The notes under the pieces were generated by a model, which was not told where the DNA came from, made no database searches, and saw only the letters and a program-made list of their open reading frames with translations. The position numbers were made by a program, and so were the translations under genes. This document shows positions 41,465 to 50,250 of a DNA stretch of 64,000 nucleotides, in pieces. The first letter of the stretch is position 1. The number at the start of each line of letters is the position of its first letter. The DNA comes from an uncultured candidate division Zixibacteria bacterium (GTDB lineage: Bacteria; Zixibacteria; MSB-5A5; GN15; FEB-12), in the NCBI GenBank assembly GCA_963806185.1, contig CAWDXE010000004.1:160001-224000 (forward strand), written 5' to 3'.

Positions 41465-42243
41465 TACTTTTCCTCCCGATCCCACGCGGACAGCTTGCCC
41501 ATCGTGACCGCCAATTCGTCGCGGTGCGTGTCATCACCCAATTCGTAATATTCAGCCGGAATCTGGCGATTCTTGGTGAGGTACTCGGCGAAATCTCTGG
41601 TAATTGTCGGGCGACCGGTTTTCTTGCAGCCCAAGAGCTCAAATTCTTTGCCCCAGATTTTCCGTTTCTTCCCCTTATCCTCGTACTTGATGTAGTTGGT
41701 AGGGCAGATTTCCGCACACGCAATACAACCCACACACGAGGGGGGCGGCTCGAATAGGGGAGGAGCGACTTCCCGGCCATGCCCACGGCCGACCATAGAA
41801 ATGGCATGAAAGCCCATTTGGTCGCAGATGCGTGTACACAGGCCGCACAGGATACAGTCATTGCCGTCCGGCACGGTTTCGAAACTCGTCTGGTCAATGC
41901 CGTGGTCGGCCGCCATCTTGCGAATCAGTTCGGCGTTGGGGCAACGGGCGAGAAAGAGATCAAGGATGGTCCGGCGAAGTTCAATCACTTCGGGCGAGTG
42001 GGTCGAAACGATGAGACCCTCTTCGGCCGGGTAGAGACAGGACGTTACATGGTTCTTCCAGCCGTTCCAGTCTTTCCGGGTGATCTCAACCGTGCACAAC
42101 CGACACCCGCCGTACGGCTCAACCGCGTCGTGGTGGCAGGTGGAAGGGATGTCGATGCCCATTCGCTTGATGACAGCCAGAAGCATCTCGCCATCTTTGG
42201 CCTGGACCATCTTACCATTTATTGTCAGTGTCACCATACGCAC
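41464..42243 (-). CDS. HydA/NuoG N-terminal-like Fe-S subunit (BfuA-like, no H-cluster domain)
   Basis: IPSTCH...GGCRLC...TSC [2Fe-2S]; CILCGLCTRIC; CVGCIACAEICP; only 259 aa. Confidence 0.85.
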   Translation of the reverse strand: MRMVTLTINGKMVQAKDGEMLLAVIKRMGIDIPSTCHHDAVEPYGGCRLCTVEITRKDWNGWKNHVTSCLYPAEEGLIVSTHSPEVIELRRTILDLFLARCPNAELIRKMAADHGIDQTSFETVPDGNDCILCGLCTRICDQMGFHAISMVGRGHGREVAPPLFEPPPSCVGCIACAEICPTNYIKYEDKGKKRKIWGKEFELLGCKKTGRPTITRDFAEYLTKNRQIPAEYYELGDDTHRDELAVTMGKLSAWDREEK

Positions 42244-42245
42244 TC

Positions 42246-44099
42246 CTACCGCACGTCAATCGCTTCGTGTTTGCAGACGGTCACGCAGGCGCCACACTGA
42301 GTGCACTTGTCCTGGTGAATGACATGCATCGCTTTCTTCTCGCCGGTGATGGCGTGATAGGCGCAGGCCGATATGCAAGCCATGCACCCATTACATTTCT
42401 CATTGATCGTATACGTAATCAGCTCGCGGCAGACGCCGGCCGGGCATCGCTTCTCGCGGATGTGAGCCAGGTATTCATCCCGGAAATACTTGATCGTGCT
42501 CAGGAAGGGATTCGGACCCGATTTGCCGAGTCCGCAAAGCGAGCCGATGACGATGCTCTGCGAGAGCTTCTCCATCTTGTCCAGATCGGCTTCTTCGCCG
42601 CGCCCTTCGCTGATCTTAACCGCCAGGGCGTGGAGCTGGTACAGACCTTCGCGGCACGGCACACACTTCCCGCAGGATTCGGTGACGAGGAAGTGGAGGA
42701 AGTACTTCGCGACGTCGACCATGCAGGTGCGGTCGTCCATCACAATCATCCCGCCCGAGCCCATCATCGAGCCGTTCTCGGTCAGCGAGTCGAAATCGAC
42801 CGGCAGATCGAGCTTTTCGGTCGGCAGACAGCCGCCCGACGGGCCGCCGGTCTGGACCGCCTTGAAGGGACGATCCTCGAGTATCCCGCCACCAACATCG
42901 TAGATGATCTGGCGAAGCGTGGTCCCCATAGCCACCTCAATCAGGCCGGTGTTTTTCACCTTACCGACGAGCGAGAAGGCTTTCGTGCCGGTGCTCCGTT
43001 TTGTGCCGATCGACTTGTACCAGCTTGCACCTTTGGATATAATGAGCGGCACGTTGACGTAGGTCTCGACGTTGTTGAGGACGGTCGGCTGGTCCCAGAG
43101 ACCCTTGACGACCGAGCGGATATATTTTGCGCGCGGTTCGCCGACTTCGCCGGCGACCGAGCGCATCAGAGCCGACGATTCGCCGCACACGAATGCCCCA
43201 GCCCCGCGGGCAATCCTGATGTCAAACGAAAAGCCGGTTCCCAGAATATTCTCGCCCAGCAGTCCCGCCTCGCGGCACTGCTCAATAGCTTTTTGCAGAT
43301 TGACCACCGCGAGCGGGTATTCCTCGCGGACGTATATGTATCCTTCCTTGCCGCCCACGGCGAAGGCACAGATCATCATCCCTTCGAGTACCGCGTGCGG
43401 ATCACCCTCCATAATGCTTCGATCCATAAACGCACCCGGGTCGCCTTCGTCGCCGTTGCAGACAACGTAATGGGTCTCGGAAGGCACGTCGCGACACGTC
43501 TTCCACTTCTTACCTGCGGGGAAGCCGCCGCCGCCGCGTCCGCGCAAGCCCGATTCGGTGATCTCGTCGATGATCTGTTTCGGGCTCATCGTCGTGATCG
43601 CTTTGGCCAAACCCTGGTAGCCGCCCGTACCGATATACTCACGTATATCCGCCGGTCGAATCTGACCTACATTGCGCAGGGCGATGCGGTGCTGGTGGCG
43701 GAAGAAGCCGATTTCCTGATACTTCTCGATCTTTTCGCCGTTAGTCGGATTCTTATAGAGCAATTTCTCGACAGGCTTGTTCTTTTCGATCGTTTCTTCG
43801 ATGATCGTCTCGACGTCTTTCGGTTTGACGTGCGTGTAGAACGTCCCTTCCGGGTCGATGATGACCAACGGTCCCTGTTCGCAGAAGCCGTGACAACCGG
43901 TCTCTTTGATATCTTCAACGGTGTAGCCATGGACGCCGCGATCGCGGATGATCTGCTTCAGGGCATCGCTCACCTGCTGGGCGCCGTTGGCCAGACAACC
44001 GGTGCCGCAGCAAACGCGAATAGTCTTGGGGCGCGCCGCCTGTTGGGCGAGCACTTCCTTCTGAATTTTTATCAGTTGCGAAGGTTCGGTAATGCGCAT
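42246..44099 (-). CDS. HydB/BfuB (long NuoF-like) FMN/NADH subunit
   Basis: N-terminal [2Fe-2S] (CCGTGC...GCHGFC), GLRGRGGGGFP, NGDEGDPGAFMD, GGPSGG, ESCGKCVPCREG, C-terminal 2x[4Fe-4S]. Confidence 0.92.
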   Translation of the reverse strand: MRITEPSQLIKIQKEVLAQQAARPKTIRVCCGTGCLANGAQQVSDALKQIIRDRGVHGYTVEDIKETGCHGFCEQGPLVIIDPEGTFYTHVKPKDVETIIEETIEKNKPVEKLLYKNPTNGEKIEKYQEIGFFRHQHRIALRNVGQIRPADIREYIGTGGYQGLAKAITTMSPKQIIDEITESGLRGRGGGGFPAGKKWKTCRDVPSETHYVVCNGDEGDPGAFMDRSIMEGDPHAVLEGMMICAFAVGGKEGYIYVREEYPLAVVNLQKAIEQCREAGLLGENILGTGFSFDIRIARGAGAFVCGESSALMRSVAGEVGEPRAKYIRSVVKGLWDQPTVLNNVETYVNVPLIISKGASWYKSIGTKRSTGTKAFSLVGKVKNTGLIEVAMGTTLRQIIYDVGGGILEDRPFKAVQTGGPSGGCLPTEKLDLPVDFDSLTENGSMMGSGGMIVMDDRTCMVDVAKYFLHFLVTESCGKCVPCREGLYQLHALAVKISEGRGEEADLDKMEKLSQSIVIGSLCGLGKSGPNPFLSTIKYFRDEYLAHIREKRCPAGVCRELITYTINEKCNGCMACISACAYHAITGEKKAMHVIHQDKCTQCGACVTVCKHEAIDVR

Positions 44100-44554
44100 C
44101 AGGTCACCTTCAACAGCTTCTTAAGGGCGCTGACCTTAAACGAGCCGTGATACTTATCGTTAAGAATGACTACCGGTGCCATAGCGCAGGCACCGACGCA
44201 CCCGACCACTTCGAGCGTGAATTTCATGTCGGGCGTGGTTTGCCCCGCCTTGATGCTGAGCAGGACTTCGGCCTGATCTTCGAGGAGTTTCGCGCCGCGA
44301 ATGTGGCAGGCCGTGCCGACGCAGATGCGAACTACGTTTTCACCCTTTGGATTCAAGCTGAAGGCGTTGTAGAAGGTGGAAACCGAAAACACTTTCGAGA
44401 GCGGAACGTTTAACGTTTCGGCCACCTGGAACAGCGCTTCGCACGGCAGAAAACGGTAGGTCTTCTGAATATCCTGCAGAATCATGATGAGCGACTCCGG
44501 TTTGGCCGGATGCCGGGCGATGATTCCAGGGATGAGGGAGAGGTCGTGGCTCAT
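44099..44554 (-). CDS. HydC/BfuC (NuoE-like) [2Fe-2S] subunit
   Basis: CVGTACH and CVGACAMAP motifs. Confidence 0.92.
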   Translation of the reverse strand: MSHDLSLIPGIIARHPAKPESLIMILQDIQKTYRFLPCEALFQVAETLNVPLSKVFSVSTFYNAFSLNPKGENVVRICVGTACHIRGAKLLEDQAEVLLSIKAGQTTPDMKFTLEVVGCVGACAMAPVVILNDKYHGSFKVSALKKLLKVT

Positions 44555-45111
44555 GCCGGGCTCCCGGGCACAGGCGTCGTCACCAGTTGGTACCCCTTTT
44601 CGAGGACGGCCAGGTTGACGTCGAGAACAGTCTTCTTGTACCCCAGTTTATCGATCAGGGTTTTGCGTACGCTATCATACGAAACGACACCGGAGGCGGC
44701 GACAAATGCGCCGAGCATGGCGACGTTGGCCGCTTTCACGTTGCCGGCCTCAAGGGCCATCTGGTTGCAGGGAACGAGCAATTGCGTGATGTCGGTGCGA
44801 TCCGATTTGGTATTGATGAGTGAAGAATTCACCAGCAACAATCCGCCCGTCTTGACTTTGGGACCAAACTTATCCAGCGAAGGCCGGTTGAACACACAGG
44901 CGGATTGGGGATTGTTGATGATCGGTGAGCCAATGCGACTGTCGGAGATCACGACCGTGCAGTAGGCAGTTCCGCCCCTCATCTCCGGACCGTAAGATGG
45001 AATCCAAACCACGTTCTTGCCCTCTTTGATACCCGAGTAGGCGAGAAGCTGGCCGACCATCATTATTCCCTGCCCGCCGAAGCCCGCGAGGGTGACTTCA
45101 AACTGAGCCAT
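44551..45111 (-). CDS. 2-oxoacid:ferredoxin oxidoreductase gamma subunit
   Basis: AGFGGQG, SYGPEMRGGT. Confidence 0.92.
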   Translation of the reverse strand: MAQFEVTLAGFGGQGIMMVGQLLAYSGIKEGKNVVWIPSYGPEMRGGTAYCTVVISDSRIGSPIINNPQSACVFNRPSLDKFGPKVKTGGLLLVNSSLINTKSDRTDITQLLVPCNQMALEAGNVKAANVAMLGAFVAASGVVSYDSVRKTLIDKLGYKKTVLDVNLAVLEKGYQLVTTPVPGSPA

Positions 45112-45881
45112 CAGTGTCCTCCTGACTGCTCGGGTGACTTGACGCAACCCAGCGGATAATAGGGAATCATATTGTCACCGAGCCACTGGGTAGCTTCACC
45201 GGGAGACTTTCCCCAGTTGGTCGGACAGGTCGAAAGGACCTCAACCATCGAATAACAGGTATTGTCGATCTGGTACTGAAACGCGCGGCGAATCGCTTTC
45301 TTAGCCTTCAGGATGTGCATAGGCGAGTGAACGGATACCCGCTCAAGATAGGCAGGGGTAACCAGTCCGGACAGCAGTTCCACTACACGAATGGGGTACC
45401 CGGCCTTGCCGACATCACGGCCCGCGGGGCACGTCGTCGCCATCTGGCCTGGTAAGGTCGTCGGAGCCATTTGACCGCCGGTCATTCCGTAGATGGCGTT
45501 GTTCACGAAGATGGTCGTGAACTTCTCGCCACGGTTGACGGCGTGGACGATTTCTCCCATACCGATCGAGGCCAGGTCGCCGTCGCCTTGATAGGTGAAG
45601 ACGATCATGTCGGGGCGGATGCGTTTGAAGCCGGTCGCCAAGGCGGGAGCGCGGCCATGCGGCGCCTCCAGAAAATCAGTGTTGAAATAATTGTACGCGA
45701 GCACGGAACAGCCCACCGGCGCAACGCCAACAGTTCGCTCGCGCACCCCCAGTTCGTCGAGCACCTCGGCCACGAGACGGTGAATAATACCGTGCGTGCA
45801 GCCGGGGCAATAGTGCGTGACAACGTCGGTCAACGAATCGGGGCGTGCGAAAATAGTCCTGGTATCGTTCATATCGCTCAC
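45111..45881 (-). CDS. 2-oxoacid:ferredoxin oxidoreductase beta (TPP-binding) subunit
   Basis: YCPGCTHG, GDGD...NNAIYGMTGGQ, CPTNW. Confidence 0.93.
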   Translation of the reverse strand: MSDMNDTRTIFARPDSLTDVVTHYCPGCTHGIIHRLVAEVLDELGVRERTVGVAPVGCSVLAYNYFNTDFLEAPHGRAPALATGFKRIRPDMIVFTYQGDGDLASIGMGEIVHAVNRGEKFTTIFVNNAIYGMTGGQMAPTTLPGQMATTCPAGRDVGKAGYPIRVVELLSGLVTPAYLERVSVHSPMHILKAKKAIRRAFQYQIDNTCYSMVEVLSTCPTNWGKSPGEATQWLGDNMIPYYPLGCVKSPEQSGGH

Positions 45882-46972
45882 CCTTTCGTCGCGGCCGTCT
45901 TCTTCGCGGACGGGCCGAGCAGTTTCTTGACCTGTTCTTTGACTTCGTCGGGTGACGGCACAATGCCGCCGGTGCGACCGAAGAAATCGATCGGCTTCTT
46001 ACCCTGGATGATCCGCTCGACATCCTCCACCATCTGTCCCATGCTCATTTCAATCGTGAGCACACGTTCGATATTCTTGCGGTAGGCCTCTTCGCGAAGT
46101 TGCGCTTCGCCAAAGGGAAAGAGGGTGATCGGACGGAACAGGCCGACCGAGATGCCCTCGCCTTCCAGCTCGTCGATAGCGGTCTGACAGATGCGAGCCA
46201 TCGTACCGTAGGCCACCAGCAGGATGCGATTTTTCGGATTGACCTTGTACAGCTCGTAGCGAACCTCATCCCGTTTGATGAGGTCGTATTTGGCGAAGAG
46301 TTCGATGTTGTTCTTTTCGAGCAGGATTGGGTCGAGAAAGAGCGATTTGACAATGAGCGGCGGTCGACCCTTCGCGCCCGTGGCTGCCCAGTCCTTGGGC
46401 GGCAGGGGCGGTTCTTCGATTTTGTCAGGGAACTCAACCGGTTCCATCATCTGGCCGATCATACCGTCGCCAATAATCATGACCGGATTGCGGTACTTGT
46501 CGGCGAGATGGAAAGCGAGAATCGTGAGATCGACGGCTTCCTGAATGGTTGACGGCGCCAGCACGAGCAGGCGGTAATCACCGTGCCCGCCACCCTTGAC
46601 AGCCTGGAAGTAATCCGACTGCGCCGGCAGAATGCCGCCGAGGCCGGGACCGCCACGCATGATATTCAAAATCACCGCCGGCACCTGAGCGCCTGCCATG
46701 TACGAGATCGATTCCTGCATGAGACTAATGCCCGGGCTGGAGGATGTCGTAAACACTCGTCGGCCGGTGGAGGCTGCGCCAAACAACATATTTCCGACTG
46801 CCACTTCGCTTTCGGCCTGCAGGAACACACCGCCCACTTCCGGCATCCGGCGGGAAAGATATTCGCCAACTTCGTTCTGCGGCGTGATCGGATAGCAGAA
46901 GTAGTTGGTGGCGCCGGCGCGAATCGCCGCCTCGGCGATCGCTTCATTTCCTTTCATGAGAACTTTTGCCAT
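45878..46972 (-). CDS. vorB: 2-oxoacid:ferredoxin oxidoreductase alpha subunit (VorB-type)
   Basis: MKGNEAIAE, YPITPQ, QAESE, SSSPGISL, QSDYFQAVKGGGHGDY. Confidence 0.9.
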   Translation of the reverse strand: MAKVLMKGNEAIAEAAIRAGATNYFCYPITPQNEVGEYLSRRMPEVGGVFLQAESEVAVGNMLFGAASTGRRVFTTSSSPGISLMQESISYMAGAQVPAVILNIMRGGPGLGGILPAQSDYFQAVKGGGHGDYRLLVLAPSTIQEAVDLTILAFHLADKYRNPVMIIGDGMIGQMMEPVEFPDKIEEPPLPPKDWAATGAKGRPPLIVKSLFLDPILLEKNNIELFAKYDLIKRDEVRYELYKVNPKNRILLVAYGTMARICQTAIDELEGEGISVGLFRPITLFPFGEAQLREEAYRKNIERVLTIEMSMGQMVEDVERIIQGKKPIDFFGRTGGIVPSPDEVKEQVKKLLGPSAKKTAATKG

Positions 46973-46990
46973 AACTCCTCACCGTCGCCG

Positions 46991-47224
46991 CTAATACTCA
47001 AACAGCACGTATTGCATGCCGTTGGTGTGAACCTCGATCGCCGCATCGGGGCAGGTAATGGCACAGATTCGGCAGCCGATACACCGCGACGGATCGTGCA
47101 CCTTGGCGTAGAAATAGCCGCGCAGTGTGATGTCCTTGGACATCGACAATATTTTCTGCGGGCAGGCGCGGACGCACAGTTCACACCCTTTGCAGTGGTT
47201 TTTGTCTATCGTGACACCGGGCAT
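46991..47224 (-). CDS. 2x[4Fe-4S] ferredoxin (OFOR delta subunit)
   Basis: CKGCELCVRACP and CIGCRICAITCPD. Confidence 0.92.
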   Translation of the reverse strand: MPGVTIDKNHCKGCELCVRACPQKILSMSKDITLRGYFYAKVHDPSRCIGCRICAITCPDAAIEVHTNGMQYVLFEY

Positions 47225-47228
47225 CGGG

Positions 47229-47990
47229 TCATCTCCTTCGTAATCGTTCCATCCGGCTTTCGGTCATCCGCTCCCACGGTTTGAGCAGCGATCGTTCCAA
47301 TCGAAGCACCGGCACGCCCACCTCCTCGACCGTCAACTGATCAAGCATCTCGCCGACCGCGCTGAGAAAGAGGATGGGCAGGTGGGTACTCTCACTGACC
47401 TGGCGCGTCACCTCAAGACCCTCGCGCACAATGTCAGCCGTGGTATCAGCCATCAGATGGGTATTGGCAATCAGCCCCGTCATCGACATGCGCGAGGCCT
47501 CTTCAATTTCACGGATAATTCGTATCGATCCCGCCCGATCGGCGGTAAACGGACGACGGGCGTTGAGCACCATCGCCAACTCATACGTGTTCGGCGCAAA
47601 GGCGTCCCGCAGCGACGAAAGGACACGCGCGCCCATGTCGTCACCGCCGACGTCGAGTATCAGCCAGCCGCTGTTGCGCTCGATCGCCGTTCGGATCTCA
47701 GGCAGGATAATGGGCAGGTCCGCGTAGGCTTGAGCCCCCGGTGGGACCAGCGATTTTACGCCGAAGGTTTCCAACTCAGCGGCAGCCTCGCGGGACCGGA
47801 AGTAGGGGTTGATAATGTCGAGATCGGCGATCGCTACCGGGTCAGTCTCGACCGAGGAAAGTCGCCGGGCGAGATTAACCGCCACCTCCGACTTCCCTGA
47901 GCCGAAGCCCCCTACAATAGTAATGATACGTTTTGTGAATACGGGGGTGGGAAAGACCGGAGCGATCACTGTCGTACCTATGGCGTACAT
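47229..47990 (-). CDS. P-loop NTPase of the type found upstream of vor-like operons
   Basis: GGFGSGKSE Walker A, DLDIINPYFRSRE, LDVGGD. Confidence 0.8.
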   Translation of the reverse strand: MYAIGTTVIAPVFPTPVFTKRIITIVGGFGSGKSEVAVNLARRLSSVETDPVAIADLDIINPYFRSREAAAELETFGVKSLVPPGAQAYADLPIILPEIRTAIERNSGWLILDVGGDDMGARVLSSLRDAFAPNTYELAMVLNARRPFTADRAGSIRIIREIEEASRMSMTGLIANTHLMADTTADIVREGLEVTRQVSESTHLPILFLSAVGEMLDQLTVEEVGVPVLRLERSLLKPWERMTESRMERLRRR

Positions 47991-48116
47991 GCTAACCGTT
48001 TTGCTTTCGGCGACTTACTCGCGGATAATGACAACTGGCGAAAAAGCGGCCTAAAAGCGGTTTCTTTTCGTCCTTATTAATAATGTCGCCAAGTTTGTCG
48101 GCCAAGTCAAGGGCAA

Positions 48117-48134
48117 TTGTGAAAAAAATAACGA
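48117..48134. promoter_or_regulatory. Putative Rex operator
   Basis: TTGTGAA-AAAA-ATAACGA versus consensus TTGTGAA-N4-TTCACAA, upstream of an NADH/ferredoxin operon. Confidence 0.5.
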
Positions 48135-48145
48135 TGATAAAGGCG

Positions 48146-48175
48146 TTGACAAGTCTCCGATTGGACAAGTATACT
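48146..48175 (+). promoter_or_regulatory. Putative sigma70 promoter
   Basis: TTGACA-N18-TATACT. Confidence 0.6.
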
Positions 48176-48225
48176 CTTACGAGGTAATTACTTAGACGAA
48201 TCACTCGGAAAAGACAAAATATGGT

Positions 48226-49152
48226 TTGCGTATGATGACACTGGCTAAATCGCATGCTCGAGGGGGATTACTGTCTCCGACCCTTTTGAAACTGGCACTC
48301 GTTTCGACAGTCGTAGCGCTGACTGTCGTTCTCGCCGGTTGCGGCAAAAAAGAGACAACTCAGACCCAAGCTCCGGGGACGGATTCCACAGTCATCGGCA
48401 CGAGCGACGGAGCCGGATCGACCGGCCCCGGCTCTGCTGGCACGTCGGAGCGATCCGGTTACCAGGATTGGGAATCGTATACGTTTGAAACCGTGAAGAT
48501 GATTTATCCACCCTACCATCCGCTCAAGCCTCAGATTCCGAGTAATGTCGAGGCATTCGCGAGAGCGCTCAAATCGGCAACTCAGAAATTGGGCATGGCA
48601 CCGGTTACAGACTCACTGGTCATCATCTACTATACCGGCTTCGGACAGGGGCGGGAGCTGACCGGACACGAGTATCCGTACGCCGAATCCGACACCGTTC
48701 ACCTTTGGCTACCCAGCTTCCCGGGTCCGCCGCTTATGCAGTGGCTACTGCCGAAGTGGTCGCCGGTGGTACCGAGGTATCCGTTCCTTCGGCACGGCCT
48801 GATCGCCATGTTCGATCTGTCCGGTCAGAACTATCATCAGGCAACCCATCTATTGCTCGATTCCAACCAGTTCATTTCGCTTCGCCGACTCGTTGTTGAT
48901 ACAGCCGTCAACAGCAATACGGAACGGCTCCAATCGGCCGAAGCAGCCTCCTTCGTGGCGTTTCTTTTGGCGTACAAGGGCCCCAACGAACTCAAACAGA
49001 TGTACGAATCCGATCTCCCGTTTGACAGTCTGATGCGTGTCGAATTTGGCACCGCTGTGGATACGGTGCAGGCGATCTGGCTGACCTTCGCAAAGAAGAA
49101 TGTCCCCGCCGAGCTTACGGCGAAGGGGGGGACGAAGAAGAGCACTCCTTAA
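48226..49152 (+). CDS. Hypothetical lipoprotein
   Basis: Lipobox LAGC followed by a Gly/Ser/Thr linker; start codon uncertain. Confidence 0.72.
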   Translation: MRMMTLAKSHARGGLLSPTLLKLALVSTVVALTVVLAGCGKKETTQTQAPGTDSTVIGTSDGAGSTGPGSAGTSERSGYQDWESYTFETVKMIYPPYHPLKPQIPSNVEAFARALKSATQKLGMAPVTDSLVIIYYTGFGQGRELTGHEYPYAESDTVHLWLPSFPGPPLMQWLLPKWSPVVPRYPFLRHGLIAMFDLSGQNYHQATHLLLDSNQFISLRRLVVDTAVNSNTERLQSAEAASFVAFLLAYKGPNELKQMYESDLPFDSLMRVEFGTAVDTVQAIWLTFAKKNVPAELTAKGGTKKSTP

Positions 49153-49172
49153 TCTACTCATAGAGGTTTAGT

Positions 49173-49937
49173 ATGGCAGACCAACCGTGGAAAACCGCGA
49201 TCACCGATATCGGCCCCGGTAAGATTCGGGTGCGCGGATACGCCATTGGCGATATCATGGAGAATCTCTCGTACGCCGAGGCGGTGTACCTGATCCTGAA
49301 AGGTCAACTCCCGACCAAAGCCGAGGCGGCGCTCATGAACGCCATCCTCGTGTCTTCAATAGATCATGGTGCGTCGCCGCCCTCGGTGCTTGGCACGCGG
49401 ACTGTGCTCTCCGGAGGCAATTCACTCAATGCGGCGATCGCCGGCGGTGTGCTGGTGATCGGTGACTCGCACGGCGGCGCCATCGAACAGGCGGCGAAGC
49501 ATTTCCAGGACTGGGCGAAGAAAGAGGGCGACGTGGCCGGGCTGGCCGATCAGATGGTCGACTGGATGAAAGAGAAGAGGATTCGTATGCCCGGGTTTGG
49601 ACACCGATTGCATAATGTCGATCCGCGCACGGGGAAGCTGTTTGAGATCGCGGCGCGCAACGGTTACAGTGGGCGGCACATTGAATTGTGCAAGGCGCTG
49701 GAGAAGGCGCTCGCGGCCAAGACGGGGAAGCCGCTCCCCATTAATGTAGACGGGGCGATTGCGGCCGTGATTAGCGATATGGGGTTTGACTGGCGGTTGG
49801 GAAAGGGGTTCTTCATTATTTCGCGGGTACCGGGACTCTTGGCGCACGCGTATGAAGAGATGACGCGCGAGAAGCCGATGCGTCCGCTCGGTCCTCCGCC
49901 GTACGAGTACGACGGTCCGGGGGAGAGGGAGATGTAG
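49173..49937 (+). CDS. Citryl-CoA lyase-like / short citrate synthase family protein
   Basis: IRVRGY, DHG, HGGA, PGFGH, INVDGA; 254 aa. Confidence 0.85.
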   Translation: MADQPWKTAITDIGPGKIRVRGYAIGDIMENLSYAEAVYLILKGQLPTKAEAALMNAILVSSIDHGASPPSVLGTRTVLSGGNSLNAAIAGGVLVIGDSHGGAIEQAAKHFQDWAKKEGDVAGLADQMVDWMKEKRIRMPGFGHRLHNVDPRTGKLFEIAARNGYSGRHIELCKALEKALAAKTGKPLPINVDGAIAAVISDMGFDWRLGKGFFIISRVPGLLAHAYEEMTREKPMRPLGPPPYEYDGPGEREM

Positions 49938-49975
49938 GAAACAGGAGTCTACGACCGGCTTTGCTGGAGGAACTG

Positions 49976-50242
49976 ATGCAAGTCTTTGACGTAGTATTCT
50001 TCATTTTTTATCCGGTGTTAGGCAATCTAGTTTGGTTTGGATACATCTACCTGAATCTTAGGCGCCGACCCCGTTCGATGATGCCGTCAACCAATTGGTT
50101 AGGACAGTCCTTGGTTTCCATTTATTTCGATGATAAGGGCTTACCAAGAGCAGACATGAAGAGGAGAGTCGTGTACACCGTCCTGATTATTACGACGATC
50201 ACTTCTCTGCAACAATTGTCACCATTCATTTTCCGAAAGTAA
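49976..50242 (+). CDS. Small hypothetical membrane protein
   Basis: GGAGGA RBS, two hydrophobic segments, fills the gap between co-oriented genes. Confidence 0.5.
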   Translation: MQVFDVVFFIFYPVLGNLVWFGYIYLNLRRRPRSMMPSTNWLGQSLVSIYFDDKGLPRADMKRRVVYTVLIITTITSLQQLSPFIFRK

Positions 50243-50250
50243 TTCGTATT

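Noticed and set aside
41464..44554. [FeFe]-hydrogenase or the nuoEFG of complex I
   Set aside because: The A-like subunit is only 259 aa with no H-cluster motifs; the complex I nuoG is at the window start.
49173..49937. Evidence for a reverse TCA cycle (citryl-CoA lyase near OFOR)
   Set aside because: No citryl-CoA synthetase or ATP-citrate lyase partner in the window, and the OFOR looks Vor-type; substrate and direction cannot be read from the sequence.
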